Below the pieces are notes generated by a model, which had not been told where the DNA came from, did not search any database, and saw only the letters and a program-made list of their open reading frames with translations. A stretch of DNA of 64,000 nucleotides, taken from a candidate division Zixibacteria bacterium SM23_81 (GTDB taxonomy: Bacteria > SM23-81). The stretch spans positions 22,605 to 86,604 of the forward strand of contig LJUY01000006.1 of NCBI GenBank assembly GCA_001304015.1. The letters run 5' to 3'. The position numbers were made by a program, and so were the translations under genes. This document shows positions 9,005 through 19,344 of the stretch, piece after piece (position 1 is the stretch's first letter; each line of letters opens with the position of its first letter).

Positions 9005-12000
9005 TCACTCCCTGGCCGTGGAGCTCCAGGGAAAAGCATTGCGCGTGTTGGCCCGCAAGCCCACCTTGTCTTCACCCAGCATCTCTTTCAGCTGGGCGAT
9101 AAGTTCCTTAGATGGCAACACTTTGATGTTCTTCAATTGAATTCTTACATCGGGAAAATGAGGAGTCTGAACCTCCACGACGACCCGGCAGCTGCCCGGA
9201 TGTGCTTGCAGAACGCTTTTCAGATCCTCTATCACATCGGACTCCAGACCCACGCTGGATAGTGAAAGGCTCACAGTGGTCACGAACTTCTCCCTCACCT
9301 CAGACAGAGGGACCATCTCCACGATCCTCAGCTTGGCCTTCTTTTCCTCCCGGGTCGATACCCTGGCTCTGGCCAAAACGGCTGAGTCGTTGTAGATGAG
9401 GGTTCGAAATTTCTCAAAGAAATCGGCGAAGAGGATGGCCTCCGCCGATCCCGAAAAATCCTCGATGGTCACAAAAGCCATGGGCTGCCCTTTTCGATCG
9501 GTGGTCCTCTTGTATGCGGTGATGATCCCCGCCACGCTCACATCCTGCCCGTCTGTGGCCTTGTCCAGGTCAGCCAGAGAGATAGAGGCAAAGGCCTCGA
9601 CCTCATCCTGGAAGTTGGTTAAAGGGTGTCCCGAAACGTAAAATCCCAGGAGGGCCTTCTCCCTGGCCAAAAGTTCGTTGACATGCCATTCGGGAAGATC
9701 AGGCAGCTGGAGATGCGTGATGATGGAGGAGTGGTCCACTTCTGCCCTCTCGAACAGAGAAGTCTGTCCCCGCTCCCGATCCTTTTGGATTCCCTGGGCA
9801 TACTCAATAGCTGGCGCTACCCCGGCCAGCAACTGGGCTCGATTCCCCTCAAGAGAGTCCATGGCTCCGGCCTGGATGAGACTCTCCAGCACCCTCTTGT
9901 TCACAGCCCGTAGATCAACCCGCTGACATAGATCGAACAGGCTAGTAAAGGGGCCGCCTGCTTCTCGCGCCTCCACGACGGAGTTGGCGGGAGCCTGACC
10001 CACGTTCTTCACGGCCCCCAAGGCAAAGCGAATGCCCTCCTGGGTCACACGAAAATCATAGAAGCTCTCATTGACGTCTGGGGGAAATACCTGAATGCCC
10101 ATGCGACGACATTCCTCGATGAGGGCGACGATACGATCGCTGTCGTCCATCTCGCTGGTCAGGGTCGCTGCCATAAACTCCAAAGGATAGTGTGCTTTCA
10201 AATAGGCGGTTTGATAGGCAATGAGAGCATAACCTGTGGCGTGGGATTTGTTGAAACCATACCCAGCGAAAAAGGCCATCTTATCGAAAATTTTATTGGC
10301 CACGCCCTTGGCGATGCCTCGAGAATGGGCTCCTGTGATGAACTCCTCCCGCTGCTCTTTCATCACATCCACCTGCTTCTTGCCCATGGCTCGACGCAGC
10401 AAATCGGCTGTGCCCAAACTGAAACCAGCCAACTCGCTAGCGATGCGCATGACCTGCTCCTGATAGACGATGACCCCGTGAGTTTCTTTCAAAATGGGCT
10501 CCAGCAGGTGATGTTCGTATGAGCTTTCCTTCCTGCCGTGCTTGCGATGGATGAACTCATCGATCATGGCGCTGCCAAGTGGGCCGGGACGATAGAGGGC
10601 GTTCATGGCGATCATATCCTCCATAGTCTCGGGCTTTAATTTCCGGAGGTAGTCTCGCATCCCGGAGCTCTCAAACTGAAACACCCCTACCGTGTCGCCT
10701 TTGGAGAGCAGCTGAAAGGTCTTGACGTCATCCAGAGGCAGCCCTTTTAGATCGATGTCCAGCCCTTGAGCTTGTCTCAGCATCTCCACGGTGTCTTGAA
10801 TGACCGTAAGGGTTCTCAGGCCCAGGAAATCCATCTTCAGCAGGCCGATGTCCTCCAGGGACTTCATGTCGTATTGCGTGGTGATTTCGTCCTTACTGCT
10901 CTTAAACAAAGGAACATAATCGGTCAGCTTGGTGGGGGCGATGACCACGCCGGCGGCGTGAGTGGAGGCATGTCGGGCCAAACCCTCAAGGGTCCGGGCG
11001 TACGATATGAGCTGAGAGCATTTGGTATCCTGGTCCATGAGCTGTCGCAATTCCGGCACGCTTTTCAGTGCACGGTCCAGGGTCATCCCGGGCTCGGCGG
11101 GAATCATCTTGGCGATTCGGTCCACCTCCGAATAGGACATCTTCATCACGCGACCTACATCTCTGATTGCCGCCCGGGCAGCCATAGTTCCAAAGGTGAT
11201 AATCTGACACACGTTCTCCTTTTTATATTTCCCAACCACATACTGGATCACTTTCTCCCGCTCCCGGTCGGAGAAATCGATGTCGATGTCCGGCATGCTG
11301 ATTCTCTCCGGGTTTAAAAATCTCTCGAAGATCAAATTGTAATGGAGCGGATCGATGCCCGTGATGCCCATGGCATAGGCGACTAGGCTGCCGGCCACAG
11401 ATCCTCTCCCTGGTCCCACTGGCACACCCAGCCTTCTGGCCTCGTCGATAAAGTCTTTGACGATGAGAAAATAGCCGGCAAAGCCCATCTTTTCGATGAC
11501 CGAGAGCTCGTATTCCAATCGCTGTTCCATCCCTGGAGTAACCTTGGAAAATCGAGCCACAAGCCCCTTTCTGGCCAAGCTTTCCAGGTATGATTGGGCG
11601 TTCTCAAAACCTGCCGGCAAGGGAAAATGAGGAAGGTGAACCCGGCTGAAGTCCATAAGAAGGTGGCACTTTTCAGCTACCTCCCAGGTGTTGGTCAGGG
11701 CCTCCGGAAGTTCGGCGAATACCTCATACATTTCCTCCGGCGACTTGAAGTAAATCTGGTCAGTGGTGAAACGCATCCGGTCTTTGTCCTCGAGATCCTT
11801 TCCAGTCTGGATGCACAGCAGGATGTCATGAGCCGCTGAGTCCTCTCTGTTCAGATAATGGCAATCATTGGTGGCCACCAACGGAATGCCCAGCTCTTTG
11901 CCGATTTCCACCAGCCCTTTGATAACCGTGGTCTCCTCGGGGATGCCGTGGTTCTGAACTTCCAGATAGTAACTCCCCGGCCCAAACAGTTCCCGGTACT

Positions 12001-12493
12001 GGGCGGCTACTTCCTGAGCTTTCTTATGCTCCCCTCTCTGAATCAGCTGAGGCACCTCGCCATGGAGACAGCTTGATAGGGCAATGAGCCCCTCGTGATG
12101 CTCTGCTAAAACCTCCTTGTCCACTCGCGGACGGTAGTAGAAACCCTCCAGGTAACCGATGGTGGATAGCCTCATCAGATTTTGATACCCTGTCTTATTC
12201 TTGGCCAGTAATACCAGGTGGTAGGAGGTATCCGCCGCCCTGCGGACAACCTTCCTGTCCCGACGATCCCCAATGGCCACGTAGACCTCGGAGCCGATGA
12301 GAGGCCTCAGGCCAGCCTCCATGGTCTTTTTATAAAAGTGAATGGCTCCGAACATGTTGCCATGATCCGTGATGGCCACAGCCGGCATCCCAAAGGACTT
12401 CGCTGCGGCGACCATATCATCTATACGACAGGCCCCGTCCAACAGACTGTACTGGGTATGGTTATGTAAATGAACAAATTCTTTCACTGCCAT
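9005..12493 (-). CDS. dnaE: DNA polymerase III alpha subunit
   Basis: The 1162-aa protein has a PHP-domain N-terminus (FVHLHNHTQYSLLDGA, AITDHGNMFG), a polymerase core and an OB-fold tail. The full-length dnaE architecture is present. Confidence 0.95.
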   Translation of the reverse strand: MAVKEFVHLHNHTQYSLLDGACRIDDMVAAAKSFGMPAVAITDHGNMFGAIHFYKKTMEAGLRPLIGSEVYVAIGDRRDRKVVRRAADTSYHLVLLAKNKTGYQNLMRLSTIGYLEGFYYRPRVDKEVLAEHHEGLIALSSCLHGEVPQLIQRGEHKKAQEVAAQYRELFGPGSYYLEVQNHGIPEETTVIKGLVEIGKELGIPLVATNDCHYLNREDSAAHDILLCIQTGKDLEDKDRMRFTTDQIYFKSPEEMYEVFAELPEALTNTWEVAEKCHLLMDFSRVHLPHFPLPAGFENAQSYLESLARKGLVARFSKVTPGMEQRLEYELSVIEKMGFAGYFLIVKDFIDEARRLGVPVGPGRGSVAGSLVAYAMGITGIDPLHYNLIFERFLNPERISMPDIDIDFSDREREKVIQYVVGKYKKENVCQIITFGTMAARAAIRDVGRVMKMSYSEVDRIAKMIPAEPGMTLDRALKSVPELRQLMDQDTKCSQLISYARTLEGLARHASTHAAGVVIAPTKLTDYVPLFKSSKDEITTQYDMKSLEDIGLLKMDFLGLRTLTVIQDTVEMLRQAQGLDIDLKGLPLDDVKTFQLLSKGDTVGVFQFESSGMRDYLRKLKPETMEDMIAMNALYRPGPLGSAMIDEFIHRKHGRKESSYEHHLLEPILKETHGVIVYQEQVMRIASELAGFSLGTADLLRRAMGKKQVDVMKEQREEFITGAHSRGIAKGVANKIFDKMAFFAGYGFNKSHATGYALIAYQTAYLKAHYPLEFMAATLTSEMDDSDRIVALIEECRRMGIQVFPPDVNESFYDFRVTQEGIRFALGAVKNVGQAPANSVVEAREAGGPFTSLFDLCQRVDLRAVNKRVLESLIQAGAMDSLEGNRAQLLAGVAPAIEYAQGIQKDRERGQTSLFERAEVDHSSIITHLQLPDLPEWHVNELLAREKALLGFYVSGHPLTNFQDEVEAFASISLADLDKATDGQDVSVAGIITAYKRTTDRKGQPMAFVTIEDFSGSAEAILFADFFEKFRTLIYNDSAVLARARVSTREEKKAKLRIVEMVPLSEVREKFVTTVSLSLSSVGLESDVIEDLKSVLQAHPGSCRVVVEVQTPHFPDVRIQLKNIKVLPSKELIAQLKEMLGEDKVGLRANTRNAFPWSSTARE

Positions 12494-12522
12494 CTCACCT
12501 CCCTGGACCTACCCCATCCCCA

Positions 12523-14799
12523 TCATGGTATAATGGTAAACCGGCTTTGGGCTCGAGATTCATTGCCGGCCCGATCTCGAACGATAACCTCCAACAAATG
12601 CTCGCCCAGAGCCAAGGGCTTCTTGGGGCGATATGAAACCGCCTCCACGGGGGGATCGTACTGGCTGATGACCGTTTGCCCATCCAGCACCAGCATCACG
12701 TCCTCCTCTCTGCCGATGCCCGAGCCCTTATCCCTGATCCTGGCTGACAGGACTGGTCGTTGCTGCCGCGTCTGCAATCCGTTCTTGGGTCTCACCCGCC
12801 AGATGAGCGGGGCGATCTGATCCTCCAGTAAAGCAAAGGTCGAAAGGCTTTTCACTTGAGCGCCGACGGCGCCGCCCGTTCTCTCTACGATGCGCCCCGC
12901 AAAGCACCATTCCCCATCGCGACTTAGTCTATACACGCCGATGCGCTCATTCTGCTCCTGACCCTCTGGAGGGGCCAGAAATACGGTGGCTCGCCCATCG
13001 AAGACGATGTCATCAGGATATAGGAAAAAGGCCTTACTCCTCATGGATAATCCTGGCTGAGAGCCGATGGTCATTTCCTCCACGCGGCCCACGAAAGTCT
13101 GGTAGACACATCCTGGCTGGAAGACGGCCTCAATCCCCTCCTGGATGTCCCCCAAGCGCCCGCCTCCTTTCTTGGTGACGGTGTTTACGGGAAAAGAGAA
13201 ACCCGCGGCTCCCAGTCGACCGCTCAGATCCCTGCCGACGATGCTAACCACTGCATCCCCGTCCATGCCGGGGAGCAAGGGGGCCAGGCCACGATATTGA
13301 TACGGCCCCTCTAGGTGCACGGGCACCAGCCGAGGCTCCTCGCCCATCTGGTTGATCATCACCTTCGGCTCCTGGGCCAACAATCGGTCGCTTCTGATGA
13401 ATATTTCCGCGAAGTTGTGGTAAAAGGTGAGGTTCCAACCAAACTTTGGTTCTCCATCTTCACGAGGAAGAACTCCCGCGCTGCCAATTCTAGGATGGGA
13501 ACGAACGCCAAATTGATCTTCAGCCCAGGTCCGTATCAGCAGGACTGAATCGCCGGGATCCATCCGTCGGGCTCGGTAGACGTCTTCCTGGCCGGGAACA
13601 GAGACAGCCTTCAACGGTTCCCAACGGCCTCCCAGATCTTCTGAGACCTCCACCAGCACCCGTTGGATGGGGCCGTCCGGATCAGTGGCCCGAACTTCCA
13701 TGTGCAGGCTGATCGAATCCCGGTAGATGTGGACATCTTCCAGCTGCGGCCTGTTATCAAGCAACAGGAAAAACTCAACCTGGCTGGTATTCCCATAATG
13801 GTCCTCTGCCCGAATCCTGACCTGGTGTTGGCCCGGTTTTAAAATCCGAGCGTCGATGACCCCAGAGTTGAGCTCCTGGATTCCATAAAAGGGCAGATCG
13901 TTACCCTGGGCCACGTAGAGATTGTGGTAGATACCCCTACCTCTCCTGAACAGATCGTAATCGGTTTCCAGGTTCACTTTATCCGTGCTGGAGAAGGAAA
14001 ACCGGTCATAGGCGGCGGAGAAGATGCGACGCTCATCGACGAAAAGATGAAGGGCATAAACGTTCAGGCGATTCTCGGCCCCATCGGCCAAGTCATGAAC
14101 AGCCAGGGCTAACACAACCCTTCCCTCCACATGCGGGATACTGGTAAGTCGATACTGCCTTTCTTTTGCGTTCCATCTCAGCGGGTACAGTTGACTGCCC
14201 AGCTGTCCGTCCACCGCAGACCGCCAGTCAAGTGGGGTAATGCTCAGGGAAACCGGCAGAGGAGCCCGATGGTCTGCCACGGAAAAACCATGAGACAGAG
14301 GATTGACTGGGCAGTTTTCCTCGTCCCGGAGCTCGAAGTGGAGATGGGGATGGTCGCAGCCCGTTCTTCCGGAGAAACCCACCAATTCTCCCTCCCTCAC
14401 GGGAATTTCGTCGGGCTCCAGAGCGAGGTCTACGCTGTAGCGCCCCTGACGTGCCTGTTCCCCTTCTACGATCTCCCGGATAGGGATAGCGAAATCGGAA
14501 AGATGGGCATATAAGGCCGTCTTTCCGTCCTGCAGCCTCAGGTAGAGGGCTTTTCCGTAATTCCAGGGCGAGGTCCTGACGCGCCACACATACCCGTCCC
14601 CCACGGCGTGTACCCCACAGCCCACCTGGCCCCAGGTCTTTAAATCGATGCCGGCGTGGAGGTGGCCAGAGCGATGCTCGGCAAAGGTGGAGGTTAAGGC
14701 CCTGGGAGCATCCAGGGGCCAATGGTAACCGTCACCTCGAGAGGAGGCCGTCAGAACGACAAGAGACAGGCTGATGGATAGCAAAATGGGACGGGGCAT
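12523..14799 (-). CDS. Secreted M23-family metallopeptidase with a long C-terminal extension
   Basis: Signal peptide MPRPILLSISLSLVVLTASS. M23 motifs HAGIDL, YAHL and HLHFE occupy the first ~200 aa, followed by ~550 aa of unassigned beta-rich sequence. Confidence 0.8.
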   Translation of the reverse strand: MPRPILLSISLSLVVLTASSRGDGYHWPLDAPRALTSTFAEHRSGHLHAGIDLKTWGQVGCGVHAVGDGYVWRVRTSPWNYGKALYLRLQDGKTALYAHLSDFAIPIREIVEGEQARQGRYSVDLALEPDEIPVREGELVGFSGRTGCDHPHLHFELRDEENCPVNPLSHGFSVADHRAPLPVSLSITPLDWRSAVDGQLGSQLYPLRWNAKERQYRLTSIPHVEGRVVLALAVHDLADGAENRLNVYALHLFVDERRIFSAAYDRFSFSSTDKVNLETDYDLFRRGRGIYHNLYVAQGNDLPFYGIQELNSGVIDARILKPGQHQVRIRAEDHYGNTSQVEFFLLLDNRPQLEDVHIYRDSISLHMEVRATDPDGPIQRVLVEVSEDLGGRWEPLKAVSVPGQEDVYRARRMDPGDSVLLIRTWAEDQFGVRSHPRIGSAGVLPREDGEPKFGWNLTFYHNFAEIFIRSDRLLAQEPKVMINQMGEEPRLVPVHLEGPYQYRGLAPLLPGMDGDAVVSIVGRDLSGRLGAAGFSFPVNTVTKKGGGRLGDIQEGIEAVFQPGCVYQTFVGRVEEMTIGSQPGLSMRSKAFFLYPDDIVFDGRATVFLAPPEGQEQNERIGVYRLSRDGEWCFAGRIVERTGGAVGAQVKSLSTFALLEDQIAPLIWRVRPKNGLQTRQQRPVLSARIRDKGSGIGREEDVMLVLDGQTVISQYDPPVEAVSYRPKKPLALGEHLLEVIVRDRAGNESRAQSRFTIIP

Positions 14800-15075
14800 G
14801 GTTTCAGGCGTGGCGTACTTGAAGATGGATGGGTAAACGAGTGTTCCTTTCCGCTAAAAATACAATTTTCCTTCACCCTTGTCAACATCTTAAACCTCTT
14901 CGAAAGAGAAAAAACCCGCCTGTAATGGCTCACAGGTGGGCTGCCACTGTGGCGAAGAAACCAGTTCACCACCGGCCCTTTCCGTATTGGCCCTGTCTCT
15001 CATCTAGGGCTATGGTAAGGAAATTCACCAAGCGCGGCGGCCCAGCCTGGGGAGACCCGCGACCCCGGCTAGGTG

Positions 15076-15115
15076 CCAAAAAACAAGGCCGGCCCTCGGA
15101 AAAGGACCGGCCTTG
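15076..15115 (-). terminator. Rho-independent terminator after the PorV-like OMP gene
   Basis: Perfect 9-bp stem (CAAGGCCGG / CCGGCCTTG, 15084-15115) with a 12-nt loop. On the minus strand it is followed by TTTTTTGG. Confidence 0.6.
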
Positions 15116-15160
15116 CTGCCCTTGGCCTCAAGAAAAGGCCATCAGCGTGGTGGGGTTAGT

Positions 15161-16255
15161 CTAAAAACCTATGCCCACCGTGAACCATTGGGGAGCGTCG
15201 AAGAACTCGGCCATGCGATACGCATAATCGAATGAGACGGGTGTGGTGGGGGTCAGGTTGAACTTCAGGCCCGCTCCAAAACTGGGACCCCACAGGTAGT
15301 CTTCATCGCTGGCCAGAAACCCGCTGCCGTAATCAGAACCATCTTCGTCCGCCAAGGGGTGGTCTTCGCGGTAAGCTGTGGAGAAGGCTCCTCGGAGGAA
15401 AAACATGTTGTCGTAGCTATACTCCACAGCGAAGTTATACTGATCGTAGGTGTACCCGTTGTTCTGAAAACTCCCCATGGCGGTCACCATGTGCACGTCG
15501 TTAAATGGGTAGTCGTAGGACAGACCCAATTGCAGGGCTGAGGGTAAGTCAAAGGAGGCCAGGGTCGTGCGGATGGCTTCCTCCTGAGTGCCACCCTCGG
15601 TGCCCGGGAGCAGAACGGCGTGCTCAAGGTCGGGGCCGTCGAAACGCATGTTGGGACCGAGGTTCAACAGAACCACTCCGAGCTTCAGGCCGGAGATTCC
15701 GGTCATGTACTGCAGCCCGAAGTCAAAGCCCACGCCCAGGGCGCTCTCCCGCATGATCTTTTCGGAGATGAGTTTGCCGGTAACTCCGAAGAGGATGCGG
15801 TCGGTCATGGCTCGGGAGTAAGTCACGCCGATGTTGAGATAGTTGGGCGAGTAAGTGCTGCCGGTCCCGTCGGGATTCTCCACGGTCGTCTGCTGGATAT
15901 CGCCGAAGCCTATGGTCTTGAAGCTGGTGCCCAGATAGCCGAACTCGCCGACCTTTGTAATGACGGCCAGGTACTCCACATCGATGTCGGCAATCCAGTT
16001 CAGGTGGGAGAACATGACCTCCGTCCTGACATCGCTGGCAGCCACGCCCGCAGGGTTAAAGTAGAGCGCCTCCACACCGCTGATCCCCGAGGTGAAAGCA
16101 CCCCCCAAAGCGGTGCCTCTGGCGCTGACGGGAATGAGCAGCTCCGTGGCACCAGCCGTGCCCTTGCGCAGCCCGCTGCCGGCCTGCACGTCGGTGCTGA
16201 AGGCGAAGATGACCAGCAGCAAGGTACTGAATGTTAAGATCTTCCAGGCTTTCAT
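15161..16255 (-). CDS. Outer-membrane beta-barrel protein, PorV/FadL-like
   Basis: Signal peptide; an N-terminal LLIPVSARGTALGGAFTSGISGVEALYFNPAG motif typical of FadL/PorV-type barrels; alternating amphipathic strands; C-terminal aromatic residue (IGF). AAGGAG Shine-Dalgarno 9 nt upstream of the ATG. Confidence 0.7.
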   Translation of the reverse strand: MKAWKILTFSTLLLVIFAFSTDVQAGSGLRKGTAGATELLIPVSARGTALGGAFTSGISGVEALYFNPAGVAASDVRTEVMFSHLNWIADIDVEYLAVITKVGEFGYLGTSFKTIGFGDIQQTTVENPDGTGSTYSPNYLNIGVTYSRAMTDRILFGVTGKLISEKIMRESALGVGFDFGLQYMTGISGLKLGVVLLNLGPNMRFDGPDLEHAVLLPGTEGGTQEEAIRTTLASFDLPSALQLGLSYDYPFNDVHMVTAMGSFQNNGYTYDQYNFAVEYSYDNMFFLRGAFSTAYREDHPLADEDGSDYGSGFLASDEDYLWGPSFGAGLKFNLTPTTPVSFDYAYRMAEFFDAPQWFTVGIGF

Positions 16256-16338
16256 AGGATTACTCCTTCTTTTTCAGTGTCCCTTCCATGTTGGACCTCT
16301 GCCGGGGCAGGTGACCAAACATGATGTCAGCTGGCCAA

Positions 16339-19269
16339 TTAGAAATAATCCAGCCTTTCTTCCGGCGTGAACACCGCCAGCTTGAGAATCTTGTCGCCCA
16401 CGCCATCCACCTCAATATGGGCGATGTACATGCCGCTTGCCACTGGAACTTCTCCCTCGTTTCTCAGATCCCACTCCGCCATAGGCGTGTCGATGGTCCC
16501 TTGGTCCTCCCGCTCGTCATCGTCGATGACCTTGACCAGGCTGCCGCTCAAGGTGAAGATCCTGATGGTGGCACCTCTGCCGGGCAGATGGGTGAAGGTG
16601 ACGAAGCGGTCGGTGGGGATCCTCTCCTGCAGATTGAAGGCGAAGTATGGATTGGGCACCACGTTGATCTTATCCAGGTTCGTTTCCTCCACAACAGCTC
16701 CGGTTTTGGGAGCCGGTGCGTTGAACGTGAACAGATCGTTGGCGGTGTTGACGTAGTTGGGAATGAGCGTCCAGGTGCCCTCCGTCTCCAGGTAGGGATG
16801 TGTCCCTCTCAGCCTGGGCCAGTAGGCCCATTGGACATCGGCCTCAGGTGCAAAATTGACGTCATCGTATCCACCAGCCGTGGTCGCATCGTAGTCGCTG
16901 TCCATGATGAACAGATACTCCCTGCCGCCATAGGTGCTGTTGTCCGGATCCCAGATCATGTTGGCCGGCTTCACACCGGGCTCGTCGTTCTCCACAAAGG
17001 CGATGTTCAGTCTGCGGCCACCGTCGTCCATGTCATAGGCGCCACCGGGAAAAGTACCCAAACCCGGCTGAACGGCGTAACCCAGATCGCGACGGTACAC
17101 CTTGCAGTTGGTCTGGTCGGCCGGATCGCTGCTGAACCGGATCTCCACGGTGTGGTAATCCGCCGCGGTCAGGGTGCTGCCGAAGAAGTAGACCCCCAGA
17201 TCGACGGCGCCGCCGAAGATGCTGCCGCCCCAATCGACCCAGCTGAACCAGCGTTCATCATCGTAAGTATACTCCTTTCCTATCATCGGTGGACCCATGA
17301 CCTTAACCAACAATCCTTCCGCAATATCATAGTCCTGGTCCCCGGACTGGTTGGCCTGATCGTCGAGCACGACGCTATCAGGATCTACGGTTGTGTTCGT
17401 CAGCCTCCAGAGTATCTCCCCATCGGACTCGTAAAATGAGATCGCGTAATCATCGCCGGTCAGGGCGTAGGGATCCAGCACGATGGCAACGGCTGACCCG
17501 TCGCTCCCGCCTTCGTGGGTCACCTCCAGGCTGTCGCCCAAGGTGCTTTGGGCATCCTTTTTGAATTGCTCCTGGGGGAAGATGATATAGGCATCCTTGG
17601 CGGTTTCCACGACCCGCGGGATGGCGCTGGCATCGGGGTGAACCAAATAGGCAGTGACCGCGAAGTAGTATCGTCGATAGTTGCTGAAGGACGTCTGAGT
17701 AAGAATGTCTTCATCGATGATGATAAATCGCTGAAGTCCGGAATTTGAGCCTATCATCGCTGGTAGAGAAACCGGCAGCAGTGTCACCGGATCAAGGGTC
17801 TGGTCGAAGACGACATCATAGCTGTTGATCGCATCAAACGTGGCAACGCGGTGCCAGGGGCCTGCGACAGACTCACCCTGGTAGACGTTGTAACCCTCGA
17901 ACTCGTAGCCGGCAAAAGCGTAACTCTCCACGTCTTCATGGTCTTCGTACCAGGTCAGCGCGAGTCCTTGGTCTGCCTCAGCCACCTCCACCTTTGGGGC
18001 AATTGGTGAAGGTATCTGAAAATTCCCGTCATAGGCAGTCTGCGCGAAAGCGTCATAGAATTTCAACATGGCCACGGAGGTACGATTGGTGGTTGCCTGC
18101 GCGATGATCTTGGCGCCCATCACGACCTGGGTGTCCCCTGGGGCCAGGGTGAAGGGACCGGAGGACATCAAAAACCTTCGGTCACCAGGACTCTCCACCA
18201 CGCCGTCCAGATGCCCGGTGCCCGCCAGAGGATCGCCAGAGAAGGGAAACACCGTTGGATTCCCCTCGTGGTCTGTGTACGGAGTGCCGTCTCCGCCATA
18301 CCCGTTCATGAACCAGTATGCCTCGGTGGCGATCTCCGGATCGTCCCAGGGGTCGGGAGCGCCATTCCAGTACCAGGCAAAAGCCGTCATGCCTAGGTAA
18401 TTGCCACTGCCCTTAGGTACCTCAGGACCCTGGAAGAAGTCAAAGCCCAGGGCCGGGGGATTATCACCATAGTCTGAGTCGACCGGCAGGCCGTTGTAGC
18501 AGTAACCCAGACCCAGGGTGGGATCGCAGCCCACCAGGTCATCGGAGGCGTCGCCCAGATCGGGATCGTCCCACAGGGCCACAAAGCAGGAGTCAAATTG
18601 TTGGGTGCCCTTGTGGAGAAATTCCCACTTGATGAACATGATGTTGCCCAAGGGGTCGGCGCGGTTGTACCCGAAAATAGTGACCCGAGTCTCCACGTCC
18701 ATGGGCGGGGTGCTGAACACGTTGGAGTGCTGGGCAACGTTGCCGTCGTTACAGACATAGAACATGGTCTGATCACCCATTAGCAGGGGATCTCCAAATT
18801 CATCCACAGGAGCGCCCTGATCCGCGGGCCAGGTGTCCCAGTCGCCGGTGCCATCCCTGTTGATCTTGTAGATTTTGTAAGCCGGATCTGCAGATACCGA
18901 GCCCCAGGGGCCGGGCACCAGCTCGCTGGAATACTCGTTGCAGGCCGTGTAGATATTGCCATCATCGTGGCCGATGCCCACCAGCCACAGGCCGGAGTGG
19001 TAGTCGATGAGCTTGTCCGTCCCCTTGGGCCACTCCATGCCCGAGCTGCCCGTGACTCTGTGATCTACGATGGAGCCGTCGTTGGTGATGATGGCGTCGA
19101 TGGTGTTACCGTCGAAGTGCGCGTGATCGATGATGGTGGCCTTGGCCAGGGGCTCCTTTCTCGTCGCCGATGTAGCCCGGGGAGCCGCCCAAGCCGAACT
19201 CACCAGCAGCAGGGCAAGCAGAGGCACTATGACGGAGCCGATGGTCAGGAACCCTCGTTTCCGACTCAT
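16339..19269 (-). CDS. Large secreted protein with a T9SS C-terminal sorting domain (cargo, function unknown)
   Basis: Signal peptide after the ATG at 19269, with a GGAGG Shine-Dalgarno 8 nt upstream. The C-terminal ~90 aa (VVPNPYF...IRIFTLSGSLVKVI...ASGMYIAHIEVDG...KLAVF) match the T9SS / Por secretion tail pattern. Confidence 0.75.
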   Translation of the reverse strand: MSRKRGFLTIGSVIVPLLALLLVSSAWAAPRATSATRKEPLAKATIIDHAHFDGNTIDAIITNDGSIVDHRVTGSSGMEWPKGTDKLIDYHSGLWLVGIGHDDGNIYTACNEYSSELVPGPWGSVSADPAYKIYKINRDGTGDWDTWPADQGAPVDEFGDPLLMGDQTMFYVCNDGNVAQHSNVFSTPPMDVETRVTIFGYNRADPLGNIMFIKWEFLHKGTQQFDSCFVALWDDPDLGDASDDLVGCDPTLGLGYCYNGLPVDSDYGDNPPALGFDFFQGPEVPKGSGNYLGMTAFAWYWNGAPDPWDDPEIATEAYWFMNGYGGDGTPYTDHEGNPTVFPFSGDPLAGTGHLDGVVESPGDRRFLMSSGPFTLAPGDTQVVMGAKIIAQATTNRTSVAMLKFYDAFAQTAYDGNFQIPSPIAPKVEVAEADQGLALTWYEDHEDVESYAFAGYEFEGYNVYQGESVAGPWHRVATFDAINSYDVVFDQTLDPVTLLPVSLPAMIGSNSGLQRFIIIDEDILTQTSFSNYRRYYFAVTAYLVHPDASAIPRVVETAKDAYIIFPQEQFKKDAQSTLGDSLEVTHEGGSDGSAVAIVLDPYALTGDDYAISFYESDGEILWRLTNTTVDPDSVVLDDQANQSGDQDYDIAEGLLVKVMGPPMIGKEYTYDDERWFSWVDWGGSIFGGAVDLGVYFFGSTLTAADYHTVEIRFSSDPADQTNCKVYRRDLGYAVQPGLGTFPGGAYDMDDGGRRLNIAFVENDEPGVKPANMIWDPDNSTYGGREYLFIMDSDYDATTAGGYDDVNFAPEADVQWAYWPRLRGTHPYLETEGTWTLIPNYVNTANDLFTFNAPAPKTGAVVEETNLDKINVVPNPYFAFNLQERIPTDRFVTFTHLPGRGATIRIFTLSGSLVKVIDDDEREDQGTIDTPMAEWDLRNEGEVPVASGMYIAHIEVDGVGDKILKLAVFTPEERLDYF

Positions 19270-19344
19270 AATGTTTCCTCCTTCTGGTAAATGATAGAAC
19301 GCATTCATGCGCATCGCCTCATGATCTCCGGATCAGTCCGGCGA

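Noticed and set aside
12523-14799. Treating the 758-aa M23 peptidase as part of a dnaE-linked cell-wall system
   Set aside because: Its adjacency to dnaE and the lytic transglycosylase is probably ordinary housekeeping synteny. Nothing in the sequence indicates a dedicated system.
16321-17439. 372-aa plus-strand ORF antisense to the T9SS cargo gene. Similar antisense ORFs occur at 15620..16237, 19291..20043 and 10766..11317.
   Set aside because: Antisense to well-supported genes, with no motifs and no ribosome-binding sites.
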